Source: an uncultured Acidobacteriota bacterium
GTDB taxonomy: Bacteria; Acidobacteriota; Thermoanaerobaculia; UBA5066
DNA length: 64,000 nucleotides
Assembly (NCBI GenBank): GCA_963779415.1
Contig: CAVZYA010000002.1
Span: forward strand, 1-64,000
Direction: 5' to 3'
A model generated the notes under the pieces. It made no database searches and was not told the origin of the DNA. It saw only the letters and a list, made by a program, of their open reading frames with translations. This document shows, piece by piece, positions 48,272 through 58,433 of this stretch. How positions within the stretch are numbered: the stretch's first letter is position 1; each line of letters begins with the position of its first letter. Both the position numbers and the translations under genes were made by a program.

Positions 48272-49237
48272 CTACTTCGCTAGGATCCGTACGGCGAGGA
48301 CCGGAGCGTAGACGCCGCCGGGCGGGACGGGGCCCGGCTCGGCGAAGAGAACCGCGTAGTACGACCCCGGGCCGTGGTCGAGCGGGATCCGGGCCTCGAT
48401 CCGCCCCCCGGAAGTCGCGAAGTCCCCGACGCCTCCGTTCGTATAGTGCAGCCCTCCCTTGAGGATCGGGAGGAGCCGCCGGATCGGAGGGGGAAGACCA
48501 TAGGACCCCCGGCGATTGACCTCCTCCCGCGTCAGCGGAACCGGCTCCGGGTCGTGAGCAACTTCGATCGACCCCGCCGACCATTCGGCGGGAAGCTGCA
48601 CCCGGATCGAAGCGGCCGAGCTTGCGGGGACGGGCCCCGCGGGGATCTCTACCCACTCGGCCGCGCGGCGGACGAACTCCTCCGTCATCCGGAACTCGCC
48701 CCCATTCCACGCGACCCCGATCCCGACGTGCGTCCACCTCGGGTCGAGGATCGCCCGGCGATGTCCGTCCTCCGGCGGCTTCTCCGACATCATCCGTTCC
48801 TGCGACTCCAGAAGGAGCTTCGCGATCTCCTCCTCCCGGACGACCCATCCCGTCCGAGTCACCGAGGCGGCGTTTTCGCCGTGGTAGTCGACGCCCCCGG
48901 CGAGAGCCCATCGGAGGTACGGGGGGCGGCCCGCGAGGTCCCAGTGCCCCAGGAAGCGTCCTTGCGCGGCTTCGAGGCAGAACTCGTCTCCCACCTTCGC
49001 CGCGAGAAGGTCGTACCCCAGCCGGGGAAGGCCGCGGGCCTCGCGATCCGCGTTGAGACGGCGGAAGAGCTTTCTCTTGGCTGCCGCGGCCCGCTCGACG
49101 TACGCGATCTCGTCCCGGTCGGGACCGAGCCGCCGGAATCCGGACGGAACCGCCGGCGATCTCCCCGGCGCCCCGCCACATCCCGCGGCGAGGAGGGCCA
49201 CGATGCCGGCCACGGCTTCGCGTTGAGGCTTCCGCAT
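48272..49237 (-). CDS. CAP (SCP) domain lipoprotein
   Basis: Lipobox LAAG-C; [37 protein letters not shown]. Confidence 0.85.
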   Translation of the reverse strand: MRKPQREAVAGIVALLAAGCGGAPGRSPAVPSGFRRLGPDRDEIAYVERAAAAKRKLFRRLNADREARGLPRLGYDLLAAKVGDEFCLEAAQGRFLGHWDLAGRPPYLRWALAGGVDYHGENAASVTRTGWVVREEEIAKLLLESQERMMSEKPPEDGHRRAILDPRWTHVGIGVAWNGGEFRMTEEFVRRAAEWVEIPAGPVPASSAASIRVQLPAEWSAGSIEVAHDPEPVPLTREEVNRRGSYGLPPPIRRLLPILKGGLHYTNGGVGDFATSGGRIEARIPLDHGPGSYYAVLFAEPGPVPPGGVYAPVLAVRILAK

Positions 49238-49331
49238 CACTTCCCGGGACTCTCCGCCCCGTAGAATCACGCCGCTCGTCCCTCCGCCGCAAGCGCGGGA
49301 AGAAGAGCCGAAGCCGGAAGAAGGAGACGCC

Positions 49332-50603
49332 ATGTACGCGATCGAAAGCCTTCATGCCAGGGAAATCCTGGACTCGCGGGGAAACCCGACGATCGAGGTG
49401 GAATGCATTCTGGAAGGGGGCTCGTCGGCCCGGGCCGCGGTCCCGTCGGGCGCGTCGACGGGGAGCCGCGAGGCGCTGGAGCTTCGCGACGGCGACAAGA
49501 AGCGCTACGGCGGCAAGGGAGTCCTCGGCGCCGTCCGGAACGTGAACGACATTCTCGCCCCCGAGCTGATCGGGATGGACGCGCGTCAGCAGGCCGAGAT
49601 CGACCGGACGATGATCGACCTCGACGGCACCGAGACGAAGTCGAAGCTGGGCGCGAATGCCCTCCTCGGCGTCTCGATGGCGGTCTGCCGCGCCGCGGCG
49701 GAGGCCTGCGCCCTCCCGCTCTTCCGCTACGTCGGCGGGCCCGGCGCCGTCACGCTCCCCGTCCCGATGATGAATGTCCTGAACGGAGGGGCGCACGCCG
49801 ACAACCCGCTCGAGCCGCAGGAATTCATGCTCTTTCCCGCGGGCGCTCCCTCCTTTCGGGAGGCGCTCCGCGCCGGCGCCGAGGTCTTCCACGCGCTGAA
49901 GGGCCTCCTCAAGTCGGAAAAGCTCGCGACCGGCGTCGGCGACGAGGGGGGTTTCGCGCCCGACGTCGCGACGTCGCGGCAGGCCCTCGACGTCATCGTC
50001 GAGGCGATCGGAAAGGCGGGATACAAGGCCGGGAAGGACCTCTTCATCATGCTCGACCCGGCGGCGTCCGAGTTCTTCGAGAGCGGCGCATACGCGCTCG
50101 AAGGGAAGAAGCTCTCCCCCGCCGAGATGGTCGCGTTCTGGGAGAGGCTCGTCGCCGACTACCCCATCGCCTCCATCGAGGACGGCTGCGCGGAGCAGGA
50201 CCGCGAGGGGTGGAAGCTCCTGACGCAGAAGCTCGGCACGAAGATCCACCTCATAGGCGACGACAACTTCGTCACGAATCCGAAGATCCTCGCCGAGGGG
50301 ATCCGGGACGGCATCGCGAACGGCCTTCTCGTGAAGTTGAACCAGATCGGGACGATCACCGAGACGCTGAAGGCCGTCCGGATGGCGCAGACCGCGAAGT
50401 ACGTCACCGTCCTCTCGCACCGTTCCGGAGAGACCGAGGACACGACGATCGCCGACCTCGCCGTCGCCGTGAACGCCGGATTCATAAAGACCGGCTCTCT
50501 CTGCCGGAGCGAGCGGATCGCGAAGTACAACCGCCTCCTCCGGATCGAGGAGGATCTCGGCGAGGACGCCGTCTGGCCGGGGCTCTCCTCCCTGAAGGCG
50601 TAA
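49332..50603 (+). CDS. eno: Enolase
   Basis: [54 protein letters not shown]. Confidence 0.99.
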   Translation: MYAIESLHAREILDSRGNPTIEVECILEGGSSARAAVPSGASTGSREALELRDGDKKRYGGKGVLGAVRNVNDILAPELIGMDARQQAEIDRTMIDLDGTETKSKLGANALLGVSMAVCRAAAEACALPLFRYVGGPGAVTLPVPMMNVLNGGAHADNPLEPQEFMLFPAGAPSFREALRAGAEVFHALKGLLKSEKLATGVGDEGGFAPDVATSRQALDVIVEAIGKAGYKAGKDLFIMLDPAASEFFESGAYALEGKKLSPAEMVAFWERLVADYPIASIEDGCAEQDREGWKLLTQKLGTKIHLIGDDNFVTNPKILAEGIRDGIANGLLVKLNQIGTITETLKAVRMAQTAKYVTVLSHRSGETEDTTIADLAVAVNAGFIKTGSLCRSERIAKYNRLLRIEEDLGEDAVWPGLSSLKA

Positions 50604-50664
50604 CGCCAACGGCACGGAGGTTTCACGGGGGTCCGCTTGACTCCCGTGCTAGCCTCCGCGCTTC

Positions 50665-51336
50665 ATGTTTGGCCCCCTCCCCCTCCTTTTCGCCGTCTCC
50701 GCCGCGCTTGCCACCCCTGTTCCGCACGACGTGGCGGCCGTCGCCCGCCTTGCCGAGGCGGCCTCCCGCTTCGAGGAGGACGCCTTCGCGGGCGAATACC
50801 TCCGGACGACACGGACGCAGATTCTCTCCCTCTCGGGCGCGGTCCTCGGCGAGGACGTCGAGAAGGTCCGCGTCCGGATCCACGACGGGCTGGTCGAAGT
50901 CGAGCTGATCCAGGCTCTCGACCGCGGGCACGACGTGACCGACGAGCGGAAGAAGACGTTCCGCTCCGTCCCGCCCGCGACGGAATCCGGCACCGGGATC
51001 CCTCTCGCAGCGAACGGGACGGGGCTCGTCTTCACGCCGATCCCGCTTCCGTCGGGAGAATGCGGCGCGGCGTTCGCACCGGTCGTGACGGGATCTTCGG
51101 GAGCCGAAGGGCGCTTTGCGTGGGACTGCAACACCCTGACGCCGCTCTGGGCGGAGCTCAAGCCGACAGACGCCCCGGCAGCGCTTCGCGAGCCTCGTGC
51201 CCGGCTCGATTTCGCGCGAGAGGGCGACCTCATCTACCCCGCGCGCTACACGCTCGAAGGGCTCGTTGCCGACGGCGAGACGACCGTCCGTATGAGGCTC
51301 GTCCTCGAGATCTCGGACCTGACGCTCCGGACCTGA
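50665..51336 (+). CDS. Exported hypothetical protein
   Basis: Signal peptide ending ALA; beta-rich; lies between eno and ftsB. Confidence 0.65.
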   Translation: MFGPLPLLFAVSAALATPVPHDVAAVARLAEAASRFEEDAFAGEYLRTTRTQILSLSGAVLGEDVEKVRVRIHDGLVEVELIQALDRGHDVTDERKKTFRSVPPATESGTGIPLAANGTGLVFTPIPLPSGECGAAFAPVVTGSSGAEGRFAWDCNTLTPLWAELKPTDAPAALREPRARLDFAREGDLIYPARYTLEGLVADGETTVRMRLVLEISDLTLRT

Positions 51337-51392
51337 CCTCCCGCCCTAGCCCGCCTGTCGCGCGCGGCGACGGCGCTCTGCGACAATAAGAC

Positions 51393-51899
51393 GTGCGCGT
51401 CACGCGAATCGTCGGTCCGAGAGGCGGCCGTTCGGGCGTCATCGACATCCGCCGCGCGACAGCCCGCTTCGCTGACCGGCAGAACATCTCGAGGCCCGAG
51501 GAGCCGCCCGACGAGCCCGCCCCGCGCGCGCCCGGCGCGCGCCCCGAGCCGACAGCGGTCAGGCCCGCTTCGTATTTCCTCGTCTCGCTCGTCTTTTCCG
51601 CGCTTCTCTTCGCCCTCTTCTTCGTCGGAGACCGCGGCCTCCTTCAGGCCCGGCGTCAGCGCGTCGAGCTTCGCGCGGCGCAGGAGGAGGTTGCCCGGAT
51701 CTACGCCGAGAACCGGAAGCTGGAGACGGAGGTGGCCGCGCTGAAGAACGACCCGCGCGCGCTCGAGAAGGTGGCCCGCGAGAAGCTCCAGCTCGTCAGG
51801 CCGGGCGACGTCGTCGTCGTCCTTCCGGAGGGGTGGGAACGGCGTGTCCGGCCGGAGGCGATGAAGCCCGCGCCTTCTCCCGTTCCGACGCCGCGCTGA
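51393..51899 (+). CDS. ftsB: Septum formation initiator FtsB/DivIC family
   Basis: TM then GDRGL, coiled coil, LEKVAREKLQLVRPGD; downstream of eno. Confidence 0.85.
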   Translation: MRVTRIVGPRGGRSGVIDIRRATARFADRQNISRPEEPPDEPAPRAPGARPEPTAVRPASYFLVSLVFSALLFALFFVGDRGLLQARRQRVELRAAQEEVARIYAENRKLETEVAALKNDPRALEKVAREKLQLVRPGDVVVVLPEGWERRVRPEAMKPAPSPVPTPR

Positions 51900-51911
51900 G
51901 CACGGGAGTCG

Positions 51912-52373
51912 TCAGGGGACGTTCTTCAGCTCTTCCAGCACCTCGGCCGCGTGCTTCGACGGGGTGACTTCCTCGTAGATCTTCGCGATTCTTCCCTTCG
52001 AGTCGACGAGAAAGCTCTTCCGCTTCGCGATGCCGAACGCGAGGTCGACGCCGTAGCGCTTGATCACTTTGCCGTCCGCGTCCGCAAGGAGCGGGAAGGA
52101 GAGGCCGTTTTTCTTGGCGAACTTCTCCTGCGCCTCGACGGTGTCCTTCGAGATTCCGATGACGGCGACGTCTTTCGGGTACTTCGGGCCTTCGTCACGG
52201 AAGGCGCAGGCTTCGATCGTTCACCCGGGGGTGTCCGCCTTCGGGTAGAAGAAGAGGACGACGCGCTTCCCCTTCAGCCCCGAGAGCTTCAGCTTCTCTC
52301 CGTGCTGGTCCTTGAGGTCGAAGTCGGGGGCGGCGTCGCCCGGCTTGAGAGAGGTGGAAGAGAGAAGTCCCAT
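51912..52373 (-). CDS. bcp: Peroxiredoxin Bcp/PrxQ, probable selenoprotein (Sec51)
   Basis: MGLLSSTSLKPGDAAPDFDLKDQHGEKLKLSGLKGKRVVLFFYPKADTPG-TGA-TIEACAFRD...VIGISKD...FPLLAD...RKSFLVDSKGRI...HAAEVL; TGA (52221-52223) sits at the peroxidatic Cys position. Confidence 0.9.
52188..52223 (-). promoter_or_regulatory. Candidate bacterial SECIS hairpin
   Basis: UGA, 15 nt, then stem GCCUUC / loop CGUGAC / GAAGGC. Confidence 0.6.
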
Positions 52374-52427
52374 ACCGGCACTCTACGCCGCGGCGCGAAA
52401 GCCGGATCTCTGAGTCGCCCCTTCGCC

Positions 52428-52456
52428 TTGACGGCCATCGGGCGGCGCGGTATCTT
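52428..52456 (+). promoter_or_regulatory. sigma70 promoter of tRNA-fMet
   Basis: TTGACG-N17-TATCTT, 12 nt before the tRNA. Confidence 0.75.
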
Positions 52457-52468
52457 GCGCATCCCTGA

Positions 52469-52545
<77 letters not shown>

Positions 52546-52554
52546 AAACAACAC

Positions 52555-52597
52555 GAAGGGCGCCAGTCACTTACGACCGGCGCCCTTCTTGTTTTCT
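52555..52597 (+). terminator. Intrinsic terminator after tRNA-fMet
   Basis: GAAGGGCGCC..GTC / GAC..GGCGCCCTTC stem followed by a T-rich tail. Confidence 0.8.
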
Positions 52598-52680
52598 GAA
52601 TCCGTCGAGACAGCTCTGAGCGCGTGGGTCTCCCCTGCGCGGGCCGGTCTCGGGACCTACATTACCCGTGGAGGTGCGTT

Positions 52681-52869
52681 ATGGAACTCACCTTGACTCC
52701 CCCGGAAAGAGAACTCCTGGAAGGAATCCTCAAGGACGCGCTGGGAAGCCTGCGGGAAGAGGTCTACCACGCCGAAGAGGCGCGGTTCAAGGATGACCTG
52801 AAGGCCGACGAGGTCGTGCTGCGCCGCATTCTCGAAAAGCTCGCGCTCCCCGCGGTCAAGATCGCCTGA
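52681..52869 (+). CDS. Small helical hypothetical protein
   Basis: GGAGG RBS; MELTLTPPERELLEGIL...LREEVYH...LRRILEKL. Confidence 0.75.
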   Translation: MELTLTPPERELLEGILKDALGSLREEVYHAEEARFKDDLKADEVVLRRILEKLALPAVKIA

Positions 52870-53006
52870 GGCCGTCCCGCGGACGCGGCGCGGCTCGGGC
52901 CCTGATATCGTCGAGAGGGATCGACGGGAATGGACGAGACGTCGCGAGAGATCATCCGGCAGATGCTCGGGTCCCTCCGGTTTCCTCTCCGCGGCGAGGC
53001 ATTGCC

Positions 53007-53540
53007 GTGACCCGCTTCCCCGCCGCGCCGTGGCCGACCTTCCTCAAGCTGACCTCGTGGATCGCGACGGCCTTTCTCGCCGCCGCCAGCTACGTTCTCT
53101 TCCAGTCCATTCCCCAGGGGACGCGGGCCCCGTTCGCCGAGACGTTCGGAACGCTCATGGCCTTCGTCCCGTTTCTGATTGCCCTGATCGCCCTCCTTTT
53201 CGTCGTCACGGGCTATGAAGTGGACGGTGCGGAGCTTCGAGTCCAGCGTCTTCTCTGGAGCACCCGGGTGCCGTTGGAGGGCCTCTCGCGCGCCTGGCAC
53301 GACCCGGAGGCCCTGAAAGGCTCGATCCGGATCTTCGGGAACGGCGGACTCTACTCCGTGACGGGGCTGTTCCAGAGCCCCCGCCTCGGCCGGGACCGGG
53401 TTTTCGTCACGGACCCTGCGCGCGCGGTCGTGCTGAAGCTCCCGGCGCGGACGGTCGTGATCTCTCCCGCCGACCCCGCGGCGTTCCTCCAGGTCCTTCC
53501 CTCGCTGGCCCCCGGGGTCAGGACCGAAGCCGCCCCCTGA
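53007..53540 (+). CDS. Membrane-anchored bacterial PH-domain protein
   Basis: Two TMs; GYEV..ELRVQR, SIRIFGNGGLY..TG.F, VFVTD...VISP.DP. Confidence 0.8.
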   Translation: MTRFPAAPWPTFLKLTSWIATAFLAAASYVLFQSIPQGTRAPFAETFGTLMAFVPFLIALIALLFVVTGYEVDGAELRVQRLLWSTRVPLEGLSRAWHDPEALKGSIRIFGNGGLYSVTGLFQSPRLGRDRVFVTDPARAVVLKLPARTVVISPADPAAFLQVLPSLAPGVRTEAAP

Positions 53541-53617
53541 CCCTCTCGTCTGGTTCATTCAGATCAGAGGCGACCTGGCGTTCCCAGGGGTAGATTCGCG
53601 CTTCGGAGGAGACGCCG

Positions 53618-55345
53618 ATGAAGTCCACCAGAGCGAAGCCCGGAGCCAGGAAGCCACCCGCCAGGAAGAAGTCTCCGGCGAAGCCAAGAGCCGCCAGGAG
53701 GCCCTCCGCTCCGAAGGACGGCTTCGTCTACGCGAACCCGTTCCCGCATGGTGAGGACACCGCGAAGTACCGGCTCGTGAGCCGGGAGCACGTGCGGCGC
53801 GGAACGTTCGCCGGAAAACCGGTCCTCGTCGTGGATCCCGAGGCTCTGACGGTGCTCGCGGCCACGGCGATGCGCGACGTGTCGTTTCTCCTCCGCCCGA
53901 AGCACCAGCGACAGGTGGCCGCGATCCTGAAGGACCCCGAAGCCTCGCCGAACGACCGGTTCATGGCGACGACGCTCCTCCGGAACGCCGTCGTCTCGTC
54001 GAAGTTCGAGCTTCCCTTCTGCCAGGACACGGGGACGGCGACCGTCGTCGCCTGGAAAGGCCAGCAGGTCTGGACCGGGGCCGACGACGCTGCGTTCCTC
54101 TCGAAGGGGATCTGGAAGACCTACACCGAGGAGAATCTTCGTTACTCGCAAACCGCGGCGCTCACGATGTACGACGAGGCCAACACCGGAAACAACCTTC
54201 CGGCGCAGATCGACATCTACGCGACCCCCGGCATGGAGTACAAGTTCCTCTTCGTGGCGAAAGGAGGGGGCTCGGCGAACAAGTCGTATCTCTTCCAGGA
54301 GACGAAAGCCCTCCTCAACCCGTCCAGCCTCGAAGCCTTCCTCGTCGAGAAGATGAAGAGCCTCGGCACCGCGGCCTGCCCGCCGTACCACATCGCGATC
54401 GTCGTCGGCGGGACGTCGGCCGAGGCGTGCCTGAAGAGCGTCAAGCTCGCCTCGACCGGCTACTACGACTCGCTCCCGACGACGGGCGACAAATCGGGAC
54501 GGGCGTTCCGCGACCCGGAGCTGGAGGCGAGGCTCCTCGAGAGAGCCCAGAAGCTCGGGTTCGGAGCCCAGTTCGGCGGCAAGTACTTCGCCCACGACGT
54601 CCGCGTCATGCGGCTCCCGCGGCACGGAGCCTCCTGCCCGGTCGGCCTCGGGGTCTCCTGCTCGGCCGACCGGAACGTCTTCGCGAAGATCGACGCAAAG
54701 GGGCTCTGGCTCGAGGAGCTGGAGCGGCATCCGGAGACGCTCCTTCCCGTCCAGACCGGCGCCAGGGAACATGCGGGGATCGTGAAGATCGACCTCAACA
54801 AGCCGATGAAGGAGATCCTCGCCGAGCTGTCGAAACACCCCGTTTCGACGCCGCTCGCCCTGACCGGGCGCCTCGTCGTGGCGCGCGACATCGCCCACGC
54901 AAAGCTGAAGGGGCGCCTCGACGCCGGGCAGGAGCTCCCGCAGTACTTCAAGGACCACCCGGTCTACTACGCAGGCCCCGCCAAGACGCCGAAGGGAAAG
55001 CCGTCGGGCTCGTTCGGCCCGACGACGGCCGGCCGGATGGACTCGTACGTCGACCTCTTCCAGTCGAAGGGGGGGTCGATGGTGATGATCGCCAAGGGGA
55101 ACCGGAGCCCGAAAGTAACCGAGGCGTGCAAGAAGTACGGCGGCTTCTACCTCGGGTCGCCGGGGGGTCCGGCCGCCCTTCTCGCGGAGGAGAACATCAA
55201 GAAGGTCGACGTCCTCGAGTACCCGGAACTCGGGATGGAGGCGATCTGGGCGATCGACGTCGTCGACTTCCCGGCTTTCATCCTCGTCGACGACAAGGGA
55301 AACGACTTCTTCCAGCAGCTGCCGCAGCTCCCGACGCTCCGCTGA
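53618..55345 (+). CDS. fumA: Class I (Fe-S) fumarate hydratase
   Basis: [82 protein letters not shown]. Confidence 0.96.
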   Translation: MKSTRAKPGARKPPARKKSPAKPRAARRPSAPKDGFVYANPFPHGEDTAKYRLVSREHVRRGTFAGKPVLVVDPEALTVLAATAMRDVSFLLRPKHQRQVAAILKDPEASPNDRFMATTLLRNAVVSSKFELPFCQDTGTATVVAWKGQQVWTGADDAAFLSKGIWKTYTEENLRYSQTAALTMYDEANTGNNLPAQIDIYATPGMEYKFLFVAKGGGSANKSYLFQETKALLNPSSLEAFLVEKMKSLGTAACPPYHIAIVVGGTSAEACLKSVKLASTGYYDSLPTTGDKSGRAFRDPELEARLLERAQKLGFGAQFGGKYFAHDVRVMRLPRHGASCPVGLGVSCSADRNVFAKIDAKGLWLEELERHPETLLPVQTGAREHAGIVKIDLNKPMKEILAELSKHPVSTPLALTGRLVVARDIAHAKLKGRLDAGQELPQYFKDHPVYYAGPAKTPKGKPSGSFGPTTAGRMDSYVDLFQSKGGSMVMIAKGNRSPKVTEACKKYGGFYLGSPGGPAALLAEENIKKVDVLEYPELGMEAIWAIDVVDFPAFILVDDKGNDFFQQLPQLPTLR

Positions 55346-55359
55346 CGGCCGGTTCCCGG

Positions 55360-58359
55360 CTACCTCTTCACCGGCCCGAGGTACTTGTCCAGCCAGTCGA
55401 GGCTTTCCCGGATCAGATCCCTGGCCGGCACCATGTGGCCGGACTCGTAGATGACCTGGCGCTTGTCCTTCTCGGGCGTCCCAAGGAGACGAAAGAGCGG
55501 AAGCTGCGACGACTCCACCGGAAAGAAGAAATCGTACCGGCCGTTCAAGAGGAGCGCGGGCGTCTTCATTCGCGTCACGAAGTTGATCTGGTCGACCTCC
55601 GGCAGTGTCCTCTGGAACTCCAGGCCGCCCACCCCGAGAATCGCGACCCGGACCCGGTTATCGACGGCGAGCAGGATCGGTGCGATCGCGCTCCCCCAGC
55701 TGAACCCGAAATAGCCCAGTTTCGCGGCGTCGACGTCTTTTCGCGATTCAAGATAATCGATCGACCGGCCGAAGTCCTTCGACCACGCGATCGTGTGATC
55801 GCGCCAGAGGGCGGTGGGCTCCGGCGTATCACCCTTCAACCCGTCCCTCCGTTCGTAGGTGCTCTTGTAGATGGGGAACATCAGAGCCCGGCCGCTCTTG
55901 GGGACGAAGTCCCAGATGAATGCCTGTGCGTCGTCGAACTTGTCCTCGAAGATGGCATTCGAGCCCGGAAAGTAGACGACCGTCTGGAAAGGCGGGGACG
56001 CGTTCTTCGGCAGATAGAGGTAGGCGATGACACGCTCATTGCCGTACGCCGCGTTGAAGCTGACCTTCTCCCGGGTCCAGTCCGGTGCGCTTAGCGTCTC
56101 CTCGACGCGCGCGTTCAGCTCTCCCTTGTCGTAGGCGTAGAGCCCCTTGTAGGCCCGGAAGACCTCGTCGGAGACCGGCTTCTCCTTCGCGTAATCCCGG
56201 AAAGCGGACTCGAGCTTGGCGGTCGCGGCCGGCGGTGGCGGCGAGGAGACCTTCACGCACCGGAATCCGAAGTTCGGCATTCGATCCCACGGTGACTGCG
56301 CGTCCTTGTCGACGAACATGTATTCCGGTTCGCCAAAGCCCCCGCCGAGGATGAATCGCTTTCCTCCCGTGCTCTCGTTCCAGCACCATTCCTTCACGTT
56401 TCCCGCCATGTCCGTCGTGCCGAAGCCGCTCAGGGCTCCCGGCTCTCCGACGGGTCGCGTCCCGCCGGACCGGAAGTTGCTCCCGGGAAGGATCAGGATT
56501 CCGTACCAGGGCTGCGCGGCCAGATTCCAGTGGTAGACGGTGGGGAGGCTCTTGCCCGCGAAAGCGGCATACGCCGCCGCCTCATACCAGCTGACGCCCG
56601 CGACCGGGTGCTTCTCCAGACCTTTCGGGAAGGCCCCGACCTCCCACGTTGCCGGGCCGGGGCGGCCGGTTGTGTCGCGAAAGACGGCGATCCCCTGTTC
56701 CCACGGGATCGTCCGCCCGTCCCGGACGAAGGGCTCCTTCCAGAATTCCCGGTTCTCATAGCCGCCCGCGTCGACGAACTTCCTGTACTCCTCGTTCGTG
56801 ACCTCGTGCCGGTCGATCAGGTAATCGTCGAGCTTGACCGGGGGAGCCTGATCGAGACCGGGCATGTAGAGCCCGACCTTCTCCTCCCCCGGCACCCGGA
56901 GCATCTCGGGGGGCAAGCTCGCGTCCGGGTCGAGGCGGAGTTTCCGCTTCAGGCCGCGCAGAGTGATCGTGTAACTGGCGCGAAAGCCCGGCTTCGAGAT
57001 CTTCCAGACGTAGTAGTCGCGGGGCACACGGACCTTACGAAGCGGCGTCTGTCCGAGGGATTCCCAGAGATCGGGGTTCCCGCGGTAGAGCCGGATCGAG
57101 ACGTCGGCGCCCGGCGGGTCGCTCTCGACGGAGCATTCGGATGTCGCGTCCCTCCAGAGCTTCTCGACCGCCGCGTCTCCCGGCAGGACGGCACGGACTT
57201 CCCGCAGCTTGGCGGCCGCCTGTGGGAACTCCCCCGCACTCACGAGGCGCGCAATCTCCGGCAGGGCCTCACGCGCGCGCCGCGTCCGCGCGGCGCGCCG
57301 CCACGTCACGGCGCTGAGCGCCACGGCGACGACGACGGCAACGACGAGGAGGATCCGGGATTTCCTCGAGAGTCCACCGGTCCGCGCCGGAGCCATCGCC
57401 GTCTGCTGGGCTCGCAGGGCTTCGAGGAGCTGCTCTGCGCTTGCAAACCGGCGGGACGGGTCCTTCTCGAGGAGCCTTCGGACGATCCGCTTGAGCTCTT
57501 CCGGGACCGGCTGCTGGCCAAAATTCCGCGGCTCGGCGTGGAGGATGGCGTCGGCCACGGCGACGGTCGTGCTCCCCTCGAACGGAAGCCGCCCCGTGAC
57601 CATCTCGTAGAGAACCACGCCGAACGAGAAGAGGTCGCTCCGGCGGTCGACCGCCTTGCCGAGGAGCTGTTCGGGCGACATGTAGCTCAGCGTGCCGAGG
57701 GTCGTCCCCTCCCGCGTCAGCGCTGCCGGCGCCGAGTCCGCGGAGCCGGACTCGGTACCGAGCCGCTTGGCGAGGCCGAAGTCGAGGACCTTCACCTGCC
57801 CCCGGGCCGTCAGCATCACGTTGCCGCTCTTGACGTCGCGGTGGAGGATGCCGGCTCGATGCGCTTCGGCGAGCGCGTCCACGACCTGGATCCCGATCGG
57901 AAGCGCCTCCGTCACGGGAAGAGGCCCCTTCGCGAGCGCCGCGTGAAGCGTCTGCCCCTCGACCAGCTCCATGACGATGAAGGTCTTCCCACCCGATTCG
58001 TACAGGTCGTGGACCGTGCAGATGTTCGGGTGATTCAGCGCGGAGGCAGCCATGGCCTCGCGCCGGAACCGCTCGCGCCTCTCGGCCTCCCCTCCGAAGG
58101 CCTCGGGCAGGACCTTCAGCGCCACCATCCGTCCCAGCCGGAGATCCCGGGCCCGGTAGACCTCGCCGAAGCCGCCCCGTCCGAGAAGCTCCAGAACCTC
58201 GAAGTGACCGACCGTCGTTCCGCTGATCGAGGACGAAGGACCCTGCCGCGCCGGCACCGCTCCGGGCGAGGGCGCCGCCGTCAGCTCCGCCGAGAGGTCT
58301 TCGGCACGACCTTGCTCCGGGCGCTTCCCGGCCCCCGGGTCCTCGGAACGTTCGGCCAT
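55360..58359 (-). CDS. Ser/Thr protein kinase fused to FGE-sulfatase-like and alpha/beta-hydrolase domains
   Basis: LGRGGFGEVY, VALK, HRDVKSGN, DFGLAK, YMSPEQ; TM; IDRHEVTNEEY, HPVAGVSWYEA, DMAGNVKEW, GFRC; GFSWG, NGRYD, ESGH. Confidence 0.93.
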   Translation of the reverse strand: MAERSEDPGAGKRPEQGRAEDLSAELTAAPSPGAVPARQGPSSSISGTTVGHFEVLELLGRGGFGEVYRARDLRLGRMVALKVLPEAFGGEAERRERFRREAMAASALNHPNICTVHDLYESGGKTFIVMELVEGQTLHAALAKGPLPVTEALPIGIQVVDALAEAHRAGILHRDVKSGNVMLTARGQVKVLDFGLAKRLGTESGSADSAPAALTREGTTLGTLSYMSPEQLLGKAVDRRSDLFSFGVVLYEMVTGRLPFEGSTTVAVADAILHAEPRNFGQQPVPEELKRIVRRLLEKDPSRRFASAEQLLEALRAQQTAMAPARTGGLSRKSRILLVVAVVVAVALSAVTWRRAARTRRAREALPEIARLVSAGEFPQAAAKLREVRAVLPGDAAVEKLWRDATSECSVESDPPGADVSIRLYRGNPDLWESLGQTPLRKVRVPRDYYVWKISKPGFRASYTITLRGLKRKLRLDPDASLPPEMLRVPGEEKVGLYMPGLDQAPPVKLDDYLIDRHEVTNEEYRKFVDAGGYENREFWKEPFVRDGRTIPWEQGIAVFRDTTGRPGPATWEVGAFPKGLEKHPVAGVSWYEAAAYAAFAGKSLPTVYHWNLAAQPWYGILILPGSNFRSGGTRPVGEPGALSGFGTTDMAGNVKEWCWNESTGGKRFILGGGFGEPEYMFVDKDAQSPWDRMPNFGFRCVKVSSPPPPAATAKLESAFRDYAKEKPVSDEVFRAYKGLYAYDKGELNARVEETLSAPDWTREKVSFNAAYGNERVIAYLYLPKNASPPFQTVVYFPGSNAIFEDKFDDAQAFIWDFVPKSGRALMFPIYKSTYERRDGLKGDTPEPTALWRDHTIAWSKDFGRSIDYLESRKDVDAAKLGYFGFSWGSAIAPILLAVDNRVRVAILGVGGLEFQRTLPEVDQINFVTRMKTPALLLNGRYDFFFPVESSQLPLFRLLGTPEKDKRQVIYESGHMVPARDLIRESLDWLDKYLGPVKR

Positions 58360-58433
58360 TTCGCTCGGGTTCTCGGCCTCTCGCGATTCTTCGTTGAGAC
58401 CGATTCTACTTCCTGGCGAGTAGACTCTCGGCC

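Noticed and set aside
46914-50615. 1233-aa minus-strand ORF
   Set aside because: Antisense to eno and off-frame to the CAP and thyX genes; no motifs.
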